The notes under the pieces are model-generated. The model saw nothing but the letters and a program-made list of their open reading frames with translations, ran no database searches and was not told the origin of the DNA. The translations under genes were made by a program, and so were the position numbers. Shown piece after piece: positions 13,985-26,183 of a DNA stretch of 64,000 nucleotides (position 1 is its first letter; each line of letters begins with the position of its first letter). Source of the stretch: Felis catus (taxonomy: Eukaryota); assembly GCF_018350175.1 (NCBI RefSeq), contig NC_058368.1, positions 134,294,001 to 134,358,000 on the forward strand, in the 5' to 3' direction.

Positions 13985-14083
13985 GTATTTTTGTTTGCTT
14001 TTTTGTTTGTTTTTTAATTGCAGAGGGAGAAAGAGAGTGTGTATGAGCGGGGGAGGGGGAGGGGGAGAGGGAGAGAGAAAGAG

Positions 14084-14134
<51 letters not shown>

Positions 14135-14257
14135 CCCAAGCAGACTCCTTGCCCAGCATGGAACCTGATGCTGGACTCAGTCTCATGAACCATGAGATCA
14201 TGACCTGAGGTGAAATCAGAAGTTGGCTGCTCAACTGACTGAGCTTCCCAGGCACCC
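13985..14257 (-). mobile_element. Can-SINE with expanded (GA)n
   Basis: Antisense body ending CCAGGCACCC; no clear TSD. Confidence 0.92.
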
Positions 14258-14424
14258 TTTTCTTTGTTCTTAATCAGTCTTGCTATGTGTTTATTAATGT
14301 TATTGATCTTTCAAAGAACCAATTTTTAGTTTAGCTTTGTTGATTTTCTGTAATTTTGGGTCTATTTTGTTTTCCATTGATTTCTGCTTCTATTGTTATT
14401 ATTCTTTTGAAAAGCTGTCTCTTA

Positions 14425-15010
14425 CAGTAGACCCTGTGATAGAGTTTGCCATGCAGGGGATTTATTAGATTAAAAAAAATTTTTTTAAGTGTATTTATCC
14501 TGAGAGAGAAAGAGACAGCATGAGTGAGGGAGGGGCAGAGATAGGGGGAGACGGATAATCCCAAGCAGGCTCCACATTACCAGTACAGAGCCCCATGCGG
14601 GGCTCAAACTCATGAAACCACAAGATCACGACCTGAGTCAAAACCAAGCTTCAGACACTTAACCAACTGAACCACCCAGGAACCCAAAGGGATTTATTAG
14701 AGGTTAATTCCTATGGCAGGGAGGAAGAACTGTGATCAAGCCTGAAAAAGCTCAGGCAACCCTATAGGGAGCTTGATGGGTATATTGGCTGTCAGGAGCA
14801 TCCTGCATTGATTGGTCTCCGATGTCTGGGACTTGCTATCTCTACCTCAATTAGTCACTAGATTTCTCCTGCCCAAGAAGGGTATGCCCTTGTGTGAGGA
14901 GCTTCCCTGTGATTGAAGTAGCTGGACAGCCTGAGGCTATCTGCTGATAGCTGGGGCAGTATATCTTAATTGATACTGATGGGTGATCCGAGTGCCACAC
15001 TCCTAGGTTC
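14425..15010 (-). mobile_element. ERVL LTR (LTR16-like) nested in L1
   Basis: AGACCCTGTGATAGAGTTTGCCATGCAGGGGATTTATTAG...CAACCCTATAGGGAGCT resembles LTR16 family; strand assigned tentatively. Confidence 0.5.
14480..14686 (-). mobile_element. Can-SINE
   Basis: TSD gggatttattaga on both sides. Confidence 0.93.
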
Positions 15011-15155
15011 ACCAGTTTCTTTTCTTTTTCTCTTTGAGGTTACCTTTTTCTTTTATTAGACACTTGAGTTGCTCACTTAGGTTATTATTTTTTTTAGCCC
15101 TTATTATTTTCTGATATAAGCATTTAAAGTCAGTACATTTTCTTCCAGGGACCAC

Positions 15156-15157
<2 letters not shown>

Positions 15158-15205
<48 letters not shown>
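15158..15205. repeat. (CAT)16 trinucleotide repeat
   Basis: Perfect 48 bp run. Confidence 0.97.
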
Positions 15206-15206
<1 letters not shown>

Positions 15207-16319
15207 TCACAGATCTGATATATTGTGTTTTCATTATTTCTTCTTCAAAATATTTTCTGATACCCATTTGTATTTCTTCTATGACCCAGGGGCTATATTT
15301 AACATTATGTACTTAATCTCCCAACCTTGGGGACTTCCTAGGTAACTTTTTGTTACTGAATTCTAGCTAATTTTAATTGGGGTTAGAGAACACACTCTGG
15401 ATTTGCATCCTACTAAGGATTAGCTCAAGGACACACATCTGGTTTACATTGTTATTTTGTGTATATTTGAAAACGGTACGTATTCTCAATTTGTTAGTTG
15501 TTGTGTTATAGAAATATACATTGGGTCGAGTCTTCTAATAGAGTTTTTCAAATCTTCTACAATGAACTATTTTATATGACTTGCTTCATCTCTGACTGGG
15601 AGGTGTATGTGAAAATCTCTAATTATGGTTGTGGATCAGTCTCTTCGCCCTTTTAGTTCCGTTAGTCTTGCATCATATATTTTAAGCTAGGGCATGAGTT
15701 GCATATACATTTAGGCTTGCCACATCTTCCTGGTAAATTAATCCTTTAATCATTGTGAACTATCTCTCTTGAATGTCACTGCCTGTGTGGCATAACTTTT
15801 CCCACCCGTCTCCTTTTTTTCTATCTGTGTCCTTATACTGAAGGTGTCCTTTGAAGATAGTGCATACTGAATCATGGTTGTTTAAAAAATCTGTTCTTGT
15901 AAACTCTATCTTTTAATTGGAGTATTTAGGTTTCTTTGCTAGTTTTCCAATGTAATTGCCAGTATGGTTAAGTTTAAGCCTACCGTGTTGTTTTCTGTTT
16001 TCCCCATCATTTTTGGTTGCTTTGTTACTTCTGTCATGGTTTCCTTTGGATTATTCAAGAACGTTTACTGTATTTTATGTTTTGTTGTCTTTTTATTAGT
16101 ATGGTTTTGTATTTCCCATTAGTGTTTATGCTCTATATTAAAGTAGGCATTGTATATAAAGTAGGCATTAATAAACCTTGAATTAAAATTTTACCATTTC
16201 ACAAATAATGTAAGAAGCTTTCAGCTCTGCCTGCTATTATTGCCACTGTTCTCAAGTGGTTTATTTTTATGTATGCAATAAATCCCTTAAAACGTTGTTA
16301 CTTTTGCTTTAAACAGTCT

Positions 16320-16551
16320 TTTTTTCATTTTTTAAGTTTATTTATTTATTTAGAGACAAAGAGCACAAGCAGGGAGAGAGGAAGAGAGAGGCAGAGAGAG
16401 AGACTCCCAAGTAGGTTTAGCATTGTCAGTGCAGAGCCCTGTGTGGGGCTTGATCCCACAGACTGTGAGATCATGACCCAAGCCAAAATCAAGAGACAGA
16501 TGATTAACTGACTGAGCCACCCAGGTGTCCCTAAACAGTCTTTTCCCAAAG
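16320..16551 (-). mobile_element. Can-SINE
   Basis: TSD taaacagtctttt. Confidence 0.93.
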
Positions 16552-17335
16552 TAAAATATTTTATTTCATATTTACCTATGCATTTGCTCTCTTCAGTTCT
16601 GTGCGTCTCTGTCTGCAATTCTGTGCTTCCATGTGCAACAATTTCCTTTCAGTCTGAAGAAAGTCACTTAGTAGGTCTTGTGGTATGGTTCTGCTGGCAA
16701 CAAATATTCTCATCTTGTCTGAAAATATCTTTAGCTCTTATTTTTAAAGAATTTTTTTTCTAGAAAATAATATCTGACAGGTTTTTTTCTCTTTTACCAC
16801 CTTGAAACTGCTGTTTCATTGACTTATCTCTCCCACTGTTTATGTTAAAACATGAGGTCTAATTTTTCTTGTTGTTCCCCTAAAGATAATATTTGTCTTC
16901 AGCTATTTGCTGGGGGTAGTGGCTATGGTGTTGGAGGGAAGAAGAAATTTTATGGAGCAACCACTGTTTCCTCTTGGTAGAAGAGAAAAAATTACCACTG
17001 ACTAGGGCCAGTAGCTGGTGTTGTCTCGTTGGCAATAGGGAAGCATCTGGGAAGGAAATAAGAGTTATGGACTACGGGGCATGGGATAAGGTTGTTTTGG
17101 GGAATTCCCACGAGTAGTAAGAAAAACCAAGAGGAGCAGATTCATAGGTCCCTTTGGTCTGCAGAGATGGTGAAGGCAGTAGTGACCTACCTATATGACC
17201 TTAGGAATAATATAAGCTTTTTCTAGGCCTGTTCCATAAGGGAAGCAGGTCAGTATATGGATCTGAGTAGGCACATAACCTTATTTTGGAACAATATATT
17301 AGGAAGATACTCCCCTTTTCTGTGATATGAGTTTC

Positions 17336-17703
17336 TTTTGTTTTAAATATAACTTATTGTCAAATTGGTTTCCATTCAACACCCAGTGCTCATCCCAACA
17401 GGTGCCCTCCTCCATGCCCATCACCCACTTTCCCCTTTCTCCCACCTCCCATCAACCCTCGGTTTATTCTCAGTATTTAAGAGTCTCTTATGGTTTGCCT
17501 CCCTCCCTCTCTGTAACTTTTTTCCCCTCCCCTCCCCCATGTCTTCTGTTAAGTTTCTCAAGATCCACATATGAGTGAAAACATATGGTATCTGTCTTTC
17601 TCTGACTGACTTATTTCACTTAGCATAATCCCCTCCAGTTCCATCCACATTGCTGCAAATGGCCAGATTTCATTCTTTCTCATTGCCAAGTAGTATTCCA
17701 TTG
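17336..17703 (-). mobile_element. 5'-truncated felid LINE-1
   Basis: L1 3'UTR and ORF2 end; TSD tatgagtttc (17326-17335, 17704-17713). Confidence 0.93.
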
Positions 17704-18436
17704 TATGAGTTTCAAATGTGTCCCCCTTCCGTTGGTTTTACATAGTCTTACTATACATGGAACTACCCAGACCACAGCCAGACCCTCATATCAGGAGACA
17801 TCCTGTGAAGGCAAACTAAATATAAACAGTGTGTCACAAGACATGAAGCTGAGTGTGGAAAAAAGGGTGTATTCATGTGGTTTGTCACATGGGTGAAGAA
17901 TATACTTATTCTATATGGAATCATAGATCAGAGCCAGGATATAGGGTTAATCCTGCAATGAGAAATATTTTTATTTAAGAGAAGGAAGACATTTCCATAT
18001 TTCAAGATAGTGCTTTCCCAATAATAGAAGTAAACACACACAGACTGGATGACCATCTCTTTGGGATATTAGTGGGGGGTGGTAGCTATATTTGATGGTT
18101 TCTCTTACCTCTTCCTGTTGCCAAGCTCTGGGATTGGAAGCTATTAGGAGTAGACATGTAAGGCTACCTTTGAGTAATAAGGATACAAAAAAGGTAATGG
18201 TAGGTATAGCGATAGAAAAATATTCCTTTAGGCAGTACACTAATGAAAGAAGAGATTTTGAGTCACTTGAGTGCCATCTATGTTGGCTCATCGAGACTTT
18301 ATTCCTAGAAATAGGAAACATTTTAATTGAGTCATAAAACATTAAGGGCTAACAGTATCCCCAGCTGTTATCTAATCCAGCTCCCTCATTTTCCAGATGT
18401 GGCAATTGAAGCCCAGAGGAGTTGGCTTGCCTGAGG

Positions 18437-18601
18437 CAGTAATTCTCAAAGTGTAGTCAGAACAGTTCCTGGGGAACTTTCTTAATATGCAGATTTATGG
18501 TCCCCACTCTAGAGCTACTAACAACAAAGCTGTAGAAGTAGAGTCCCATAATCTGCATTTCAACAATCACAGACCATTCTGTGCACATTGAAAAACCATT
18601 G
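18437..18601. mobile_element. MER5A-like hAT MITE within a MIR
   Basis: CAGTAATTCTCAAAGTGT...TTGAAAAACCATTG termini. Confidence 0.7.
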
Positions 18602-18699
18602 GCCTCCATCACAATGTTGGTTACTTACAGAGCTTTGAGGAAGACCCAGCACTTTGAACTCCAATCCATTATTCCCGTTATGCTAACTTACCTATCCTT

Positions 18700-18915
18700 G
18701 GGGCTCCTGGGTGGTTCATTCCGTTAAACATCTGACCCTTGATTTTGGCTCAGGTCATGATCTTATGCTTTCTGGGATTGAGCCCTATGTGAGCTCCACT
18801 CAGTGTGGAGCCTGCTTAAGATTCTCTCTCTGCCCCTCCCCCTCCTGCTCGTTCATGCATGCGTGCATGCCCACGCATGTGCTCTCTCTTCCCCCCCAAA
18901 ATAAATAAAATAAAT
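18700..18915 (+). mobile_element. Can-SINE (older subfamily)
   Basis: GGGGCTCCTGGGTGGTTCA head, AATAAATAAAA tail. Confidence 0.9.
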
Positions 18916-19083
18916 TGCTTATCCTTAAAGTGAAATCTGTTACAATTTCCTATAAACTAATTTCCAAGCTTAGAGACAGGCCTAGAAATGAAATTGTGCT
19001 ACTATTATGAAACTGTAACTCTTTTACAAAATGCAAAAGAATGGTTTGGAAAATATTAACTAAGTCACTAAAAAATCAGGATG

Positions 19084-19270
19084 AGGGGACCTGGCTGGCC
19101 CAGTCAGTTAAGCATCTGACTCTTGATTTAGGCTCAGGTCATGATCTCATACTTGTGAGATCTAACCCACATCAAGCTCTGCTCTGGGTGTGGGGCCTGC
19201 TTAAGATTCTCTCTCTCCCCCCACCTCCTCTGCTTATGCTCTCTTGCTCTCTCTAAAAAAAAAAAAAAGA
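19084..19270 (+). mobile_element. Can-SINE
   Basis: TSD aaaaaatcaggatga. Confidence 0.92.
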
Positions 19271-19435
19271 AAAAAATCAGGATGAACCCCAGGATCAGAG
19301 GCCATGAACATTTTTTTTGATTAGAAATTTAGAAAATCTTGGAGCAATCTTCTCCATCCTTGACAATGGAACTTAGAGAGCTTGTCTTCTTGATTTGATC
19401 TAGTCAAAGACTGGGACCTGAATCCAAAGATTTCC

Positions 19436-19605
19436 GCTCACGTCATGATCTCACAGTTTGTGGGATCGAGCCCCAGGTAGCACTCTGCACTGACAGCATG
19501 GAGCTTGCTTGGGATTCTCTCTCTCCTTCTCTCGCTCTCTCTCTCTGCCCTTCCCCTGCTCTTTCTTTCTCTCAAAATAAATAAACTTAAAAAAAAATCA
19601 ATAAA
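19436..19605 (+). mobile_element. Can-SINE lacking its 5' head
   Basis: Starts at GCTCACGTCATGATCTC; A box absent. Confidence 0.88.
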
Positions 19606-20850
19606 AATGTTACTCTGCTGTCTTCTGGTTTGCACTGTTTCTGACTAGAAGTGTGCCATTATTTTTGTTATTCTATAATGTATCTGATTTTCCTCTGACT
19701 GCTTTTAAGATTGCCTTTCTAGCAGTTTTTCAGCAACTGATCATAAAGTAGTTAGGTGTGCTTTTCTTAATATTCCTTTTCCTGGGAATTTGTGGCTCTT
19801 CTTAGATCTGTGTGGTCTACAGATTACATCAAATTTGGAAAATTAGCAGCCATTATTTTTTTAAATACTTTTTCTGCCCGTCCCTTCTTCTGGGGTGGTC
19901 ATTTGATGTCTTCACAGATCACTGATGTTCTTTTAACTCTTTTTCCTCTCTCTATTACATTTTGGGTAGTTTCTGTTGTTATATCTTTAGTAATCTTTCT
20001 TCTGGAAAATATAATTGCTTGTTAATACCATTCAGTGTGGTTTTCATCTCTAGAAGTGTGATTTGGCATTTTAAATAACATTTCTCTTCTCATCAGGCCC
20101 ATATTCTCTTCTACCTTCCTGAACATGTAAAGTATATTTATAATAGTTGTAACTTTATATTTTCAGATACTATATTTTATCTTTCTGTCTTTTTAAAAAG
20201 TTTTGTATTTTGTTAAAAATAAGGGGTTTTGTTCTGAGATGAGAGTAAGTTACTTGGAATCCATTTGATCCCTGGTTTTGAGCTTCATTAGGGCATTCCA
20301 GAACAGACTTCATCTATCCCTCACTCTGGAGGCAATACCTTTATGAGGACACTGCTCACTGTCCTGTGTGTTAGGAGATCTTTAGTCTCTGGAAGTTGGA
20401 GAAACAAACTACTCCCAATTTTGTGTAAATTGCAGGGATTATTTTATCTACCTCCTGCTGGTGATTTTCCCTTAGCCTCCATAGTTTTCCCACACTTCAT
20501 GTTCCCCACAATTCAGGTAAAGACTTGACTTTTACCCTCTGTAGATCTCTGCAGCTCCTTATCTCTCTGTGCAACTCTTTCCTCTCTGGGACTTTACCTT
20601 GCAAATTCTAACCATCTATTAAATTCTGGACGCTGTCTCCGCAATACTGCTGAAAACTGATTGGGTTTATTCTCCTGTTCTGCAGTCTATGAATATTCTC
20701 AAGGTTGTGATGGGGGACATTCACAGTACTCACTTTCTGTTTCCTTCTTCCTTGTCCTCATAGTTCTGTATGGCCTGTTGTCCAAATGGTTGAAAACTGG
20801 TCCACTTTTCTAGGTATTTAAGGTAGAAAGGTATACTTGCTAGCTTACCA
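19606..20850 (-). mobile_element. Ancient LINE-1 ORF1/5' remnant
   Basis: CTGACTGCTTTTAAGATT and CATCAAATTTGGAAAATTAGCAGCCATTATTT antisense ORF1 motifs. Confidence 0.75.
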
Positions 20851-21222
20851 TTGCTATAATCAGAAGTATTTCCATACTTTGCTTGCATGGAATGCATGAA
20901 CTCCTCCTATGAGCGGTGATCACCAAAGTCTCATGCATTTAATGCATCCAACTTGAAGCTCACCATCTCTGGGTGATAGACAGTTCTCTGTATCATGTCT
21001 GAGTATAGCTTTTCATATTTAATAAGCTAAAATAAAAAGTTTTACTTCCTTCTGGCCTGCTGAGAATAAAGGCATAGTAACAGGATTGCACATTAAGAAA
21101 ACTAACGAAGATTTATACTAGCCACCCTGTGGGATGTCCCCAGGAAGTAATAAGAAATCAGTAATGTAGTTATTACATAGCTGTTCTAGGCAACCTTAGA
21201 AAAGCCTTTGATTAAAATACTC

Positions 21223-21431
21223 TTTTTTAATGTGTATTTATTTTGAGAGAGAGAGCATGTGTACATGCACATGTGAGAGTAGAAGAGAGAGAGGGGGAGA
21301 GAGAGAATCCCAAGCAGGCTCCATGCTCAGCACAAAGCCTGATGCAGGGCTCCATCCCATGACCGTGAAATTATCATCTGATCTGGTATCAAGAGTGAGA
21401 CACCCAACTAACTGAGCCATCCAGACCACCC
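21223..21431 (-). mobile_element. Can-SINE
   Basis: TSD taaaatactct. Confidence 0.92.
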
Positions 21432-23369
21432 TAAAATACTCTCAGCTGAGAGAAAAGAATGTATTTATTCAGAGCATATTTTATGTTAGACAAGGAGTCT
21501 CTTCAGACTAGTGCTATGTTTACATATGCTTCAACAGAAAAATAGAACTTTAATATTCAAATTAATCTTGCAGTAGAGTTGAATGTTAGAGTTGGCTGTA
21601 AAGGACCATTATTGAATTCAAACTGCCCCACCATGTAATTTACTACAAATACCCTTTCAAGCTTCCAAAGGGAGATCACCTTGGCTTTTTGAAGGATGTA
21701 AATTAGAAATGGCATGTGGTGGGTTCCTAATAAAATATTGTTGACTGATGGCCTTAATCACCTTGATACTGTGAAACACTGAACGACCCAGGATTTTATC
21801 CAAAGTATTTACATTGAAATGGCTGGCTACGGTGGAAAGCTAGTGTTAAGTACACAATCGCTGTGGGTTAAGGATGAGTGACATGAGTGGAAATATAAAG
21901 AAATGCACATGTTTTTTTTTCTGTCCATTTTAGAGCTGATCTGGAAAACATAACGATGACTTTAATTATTCTTTAGTTTTCAAGCCAGCACGTTTTCAAA
22001 TAACTCACTCTTGCTCTCAAAGTGAATTATTTTGAACTTTTAAGAGAAAAAAAAATCCTCAAATCCAAACAGGCTTAGCTGTATGGATTGGGGGCAAGTT
22101 AAGAGGCTATTTCTACAGAATATACTGTCCATGCTAATCTGCCAAAGTTGGGAAGTCTGATGGGAGCCTAAGAAAATCTAAAACCTTGTGACACGGAACT
22201 GGAAGTGAAATTCATTGAATTTGAACTTGAGGTCCACATGTTTCCATTGCTCGCAGTCATTGCTCACATTTATTTACTTAATATTAAAATTGAACGAACA
22301 TTGTTGGATTACAGCTGTTTAGATTTTGATAAATGACAAACAGCATTTTCTCCTTCCAAACAGTGCAAGACATCAAATTCATACTTTAGAGGAATGAAAA
22401 GGAGATTGAGAGAGACTAACAGGAAGTGGGTTCATTCACTTTGGAATTCTAGTTATAAACAGACCAAATCAGATGGACCCTAAGCCAGAGGGTGGCCACA
22501 TCTTGATCCTATAAACACACAAATTCTAATCACCTTTAGACAACATCTTTTTGGCTTTTGTTTGGCTTTATGCATGGTAAAGTGCATCAGCTATTTATAT
22601 TCCTGCCTGTTGGAAATGATCGGCCTGTTTTTTTTTTTTTTTTTTTGGTAGGGCTTTTTATTTTTAACTAAAATGTTGAAGTAGATCCACATCGCCCTGA
22701 TCCTGCTGTCAAAAAGTTGTAATTACTGCAATTTCTGGCTATATGAAGTCCCAGGGACTTTGCTGCCTAAAAATATAAAAAAAGAAAAGAAAGTATTTTA
22801 ATTCCTTTATTATAAGCAGTTTATGAAAACATCAAATTCTTAATAAAGTGAAGGTAGAATAATACACTATCCAAAAGGTGCTTTCTATGTTCAAGCTATT
22901 TGATTTTTGTTAAGAGAAATAAGTAAAATTATTTTCCTTTATTACTGGACATGATAGACACTTACCTGTTTTTTTAATTAATCTCAGGATTGTCACTTCA
23001 GCTATGCCTTTTCTTTATACTCCAGCTGGTGGTTCAGATGGAGCCCCCATATTTTGACATGAGTCTATCCCTCTGCCCTCAGATCCTGAGGCTTGAAAGG
23101 TTAAATTACCTGCCCTAGGGCACCTATCTGGAACTGATAAACCAGAGGCTTCCTCAGGATTTTTCCAAACTGTGCAACTTGGGTGCAGTTGATGGCCATG
23201 TATCCTGCCCTTTATAGACAAATAGGCTCTCGTGAGTGAGATGAAAGTCAACATGTAGTGAGAGACGGGCTGATCCAGGACTTTGTATTTGGGACCAACT
23301 ATGTTTTGAATCCAGTGGACTGTAGCCAGCCCCTGTACTCTATCATCCTATAGCGTACATAATGAACCT

Positions 23370-24650
23370 GTGGAAGAATTAGCTATGGGAAAGAAATGGA
23401 GGCTACACATGGGCCTAAGAGCAAGGATCCCCTTGCACCAAGAGTAATCTAGTTACCATTGTTGATGAATGTCCAACCTGTAGGCAGCTGAGATAAACTC
23501 TGAGCCTATGGTATGGCTCCATACCTCAAGGAGACTAACCAGTTACCTGATAACAAGTTGACCATATGAGACTCCTACCCTGGTAAAGGCTATGAATTGT
23601 CCAACAGGATACCTAATTTCTGGTTAGAGGTTGTCTTCACTGCCTGTGGGGCCTAAGCTAGCATCACTACCAAAAGGCACACAGAATGTCTGATTTACTG
23701 ACATTGCCTCAGATCAAGAGAGTTGTTTTATGGTGAAGGAGATAGCCAAAGGGCACATGACCGTTTGATCTACTTGTCCTACCTCATATAAGATAGCCCA
23801 GAAATGGTCAGCCTGAGAGGACATTAGAATTGCCTTCTTGAAAGCATCACCTAAGTGCTTACTTAGAGATGACACTCTGATATTGAGGTGCCATCAATAT
23901 ATATATTTATATACATAAAATTTAGGATAAATATGTATCAATAGCCATTATGTTACTGTGTCCCCAATGTAGAGTAGTACTTTCTGATAGAATTTTCTGC
24001 AATGATAAAAATGTTTTGTACTTTCTAATATGATAACAAGTAACCACATGTGGCTGTAATGTAGATGAAATGTAGCTAGTGTGACTGAGGAATTTAATTT
24101 TAATTTAAGATGAAATATCTACACATGGCTCATGGTTACCACATTGGAAAGCATAGGTCTAAAAGTCTTATTTCCAAGAGAGGCCATGTATCACAAAAGA
24201 ATCCCACTAAACATAAAACTACAGATACTAACTGGCAAACTCTCCTTTCCCCATTACAACTTGGGTAATTTGGAGTTTCTCATATTGATAAGCAAAGGAA
24301 GGAGCTACCATCTTGGCAGGGGCAATTGATCCTGATTACCAAGGGGAGATAAATTTTGCTGTTACATAGTGGTAGAGAGGCTCCATTTTGGAACTGAGGA
24401 GATCCAGTGGGTCATCTCATGGATGTCCCATGCTCAGTTTACCTGTAAGTGAGAAATTACAACCGTGGACTGACAAGCATGGTAATCAGTGAGCCTCAGG
24501 CAAATCAATTAGGCTGACAGTTTTCACTAGCTGAAAGGGAAGAGTATTTGTGACTTTGTCATAAAGGATGAAGATGATGAATTCCATTACACCATTGTGA
24601 GCAAGTGTAGCATTGGGGTTGTCATTGGTCCTACCAACTTGCCTCTTTTA
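23370..24650 (+). mobile_element. Decayed ERV-L internal region: integrase followed by dUTPase
   Basis: From 23395: NGGYTWA*EQGSPCTKSNLVTIVDECPTCRQLR*TLSLWYGSIPQGD*PVT**QVDH (IN zinc finger/core); IASDQ at 23703; GATILAGAIDPDYQGEI at 24301 (dUTPase motif III). Confidence 0.9.
23974..24157. mobile_element. MER3-like hAT-Charlie MITE inserted in ERV-L
   Basis: GATAGAATTTTCTGCAATGAT...CCACATGTGGCT...GTGACTGAGGAA...TTGGAAAGCATAG. Confidence 0.8.
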
Positions 24651-26146
24651 AGATCCTTCCCTTCTGCCCCCTCCTCATATATTGTGCCCAACCACCATTT
24701 CAAAGAAGTTATGATAGTACATAGTGAACTGAATATAATTGCCAGCAAATTCTTAGTAGTGTTCTATTTCATGGTCTACATCGTTGGTACATGAGTAAAA
24801 GCTTGGAAAAAATTATCGCGCTGTACATTTATCTAGCAATGAGTATACATCCATCCTCATTTACTCTGCTTTCTCAAGCACACATCTATCATGCACCAAA
24901 ATACATCACATTCTGGGTTACAAAATATACTCCAGCAAATTTAAAATAATAGAAATTATACAAAGTATTCCTTCAGACCACAATGAAATTGAATTAGAAA
25001 TCACTAACAGAAAGATAGCTGGAAAATCCCCAAACGCTTGGAGATTAAACAACATATTCTACATAACACTTGAATCAAAGAAAGAGTTTCAAGGGAAATT
25101 TAAAAAAATTGATCTAAATGAAATTTAAAATACAATTTATCAAAATTTGTGGGATGCAGTGAAAGCAGTCTTAGAGGAAAATTTACAGCATCACATGCAT
25201 GTGTTAGAAAGGAAGAAAAATCTAAAATCAATAATCTAAGCTTTCATAATAGGAAACGAGAAAATAAAAGCGTATTGAATTTAGCATAAGCAAAAGGAAA
25301 GAAACAATAAATATTAGAGCAAAAATCAATGAAATTGAAACAGGAAATTAATGGAGAAAATCAACAAAGCCAAAGTTGATTCTTTGAAAAGATCAATAAA
25401 ATTGATGTCTCTCACCAAGATAACTAAGGGAAAAAAAAGGAGGAGGAAAGATTACTAATAACATAAATGAAAGACGTTGGTAAGGTTAGAAAGATTTAAT
25501 GTCACATATTACTGAGGATTCCATAGACATTAAAAGATAATAAAAGAATATAATGAACAACTCTATGCTCACACATTTGATAATTTAGATGAAATGGATC
25601 AACTTCTTGAAAGAGACAATTTACAGAAACTTAAAGAGGAAGAGATAGATCATTTGAATAGGCTTGTATCCAAGAAATTAAATCAATAATAGTAACTTGC
25701 CAATACAGAAAGTATTTAGTTCAGATGTGTTCACTAGTGAATTCTACCAAACATTTTAAAAAGAAAGTAGTCCATTTCTCTACAATATCTCTGAGAAAAT
25801 GGAAGCAGAGGGGACACTTCCTAACTTATTCTATGAGGCCAGCATTAATCTGATACCCAAACCAAACACATTACAAGAAAGGAAAATAACACAGTGACCT
25901 CTGTCATGAACATAGATGCCAAAATCCTCAACAAAATATTAACAAACCAAATTCAACATGGTATAAAAATAATTATACACCATGACCAAGTAGAATTTAT
26001 TCCAGATTTTCAAGGCTGGTTAAGTATCCAAAAAGCAACTAATGTAATCCATCATATCAACAGGTTAAAGAAAATAAATCATATGATTATATCCATGGAT
26101 GCAAAAAAAAGCATTTGATAAAATTCAATACCCATTCATGATTGAA

Positions 26147-26183
<37 letters not shown>

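Larger units (their letters stand above)
14260..16890 (-). mobile_element. Ancient LINE-1 (L1M) ORF2/ORF1 remnant, interrupted
   Basis: TTGATCTTTCAAAGAACCAATTTTTAG and other antisense L1 motifs; T-rich. Confidence 0.75.

Noticed and set aside
22480..22500. CTCF-like CCAGAGGGTGGCC
   Set aside because: Two mismatches in the core; unsupported
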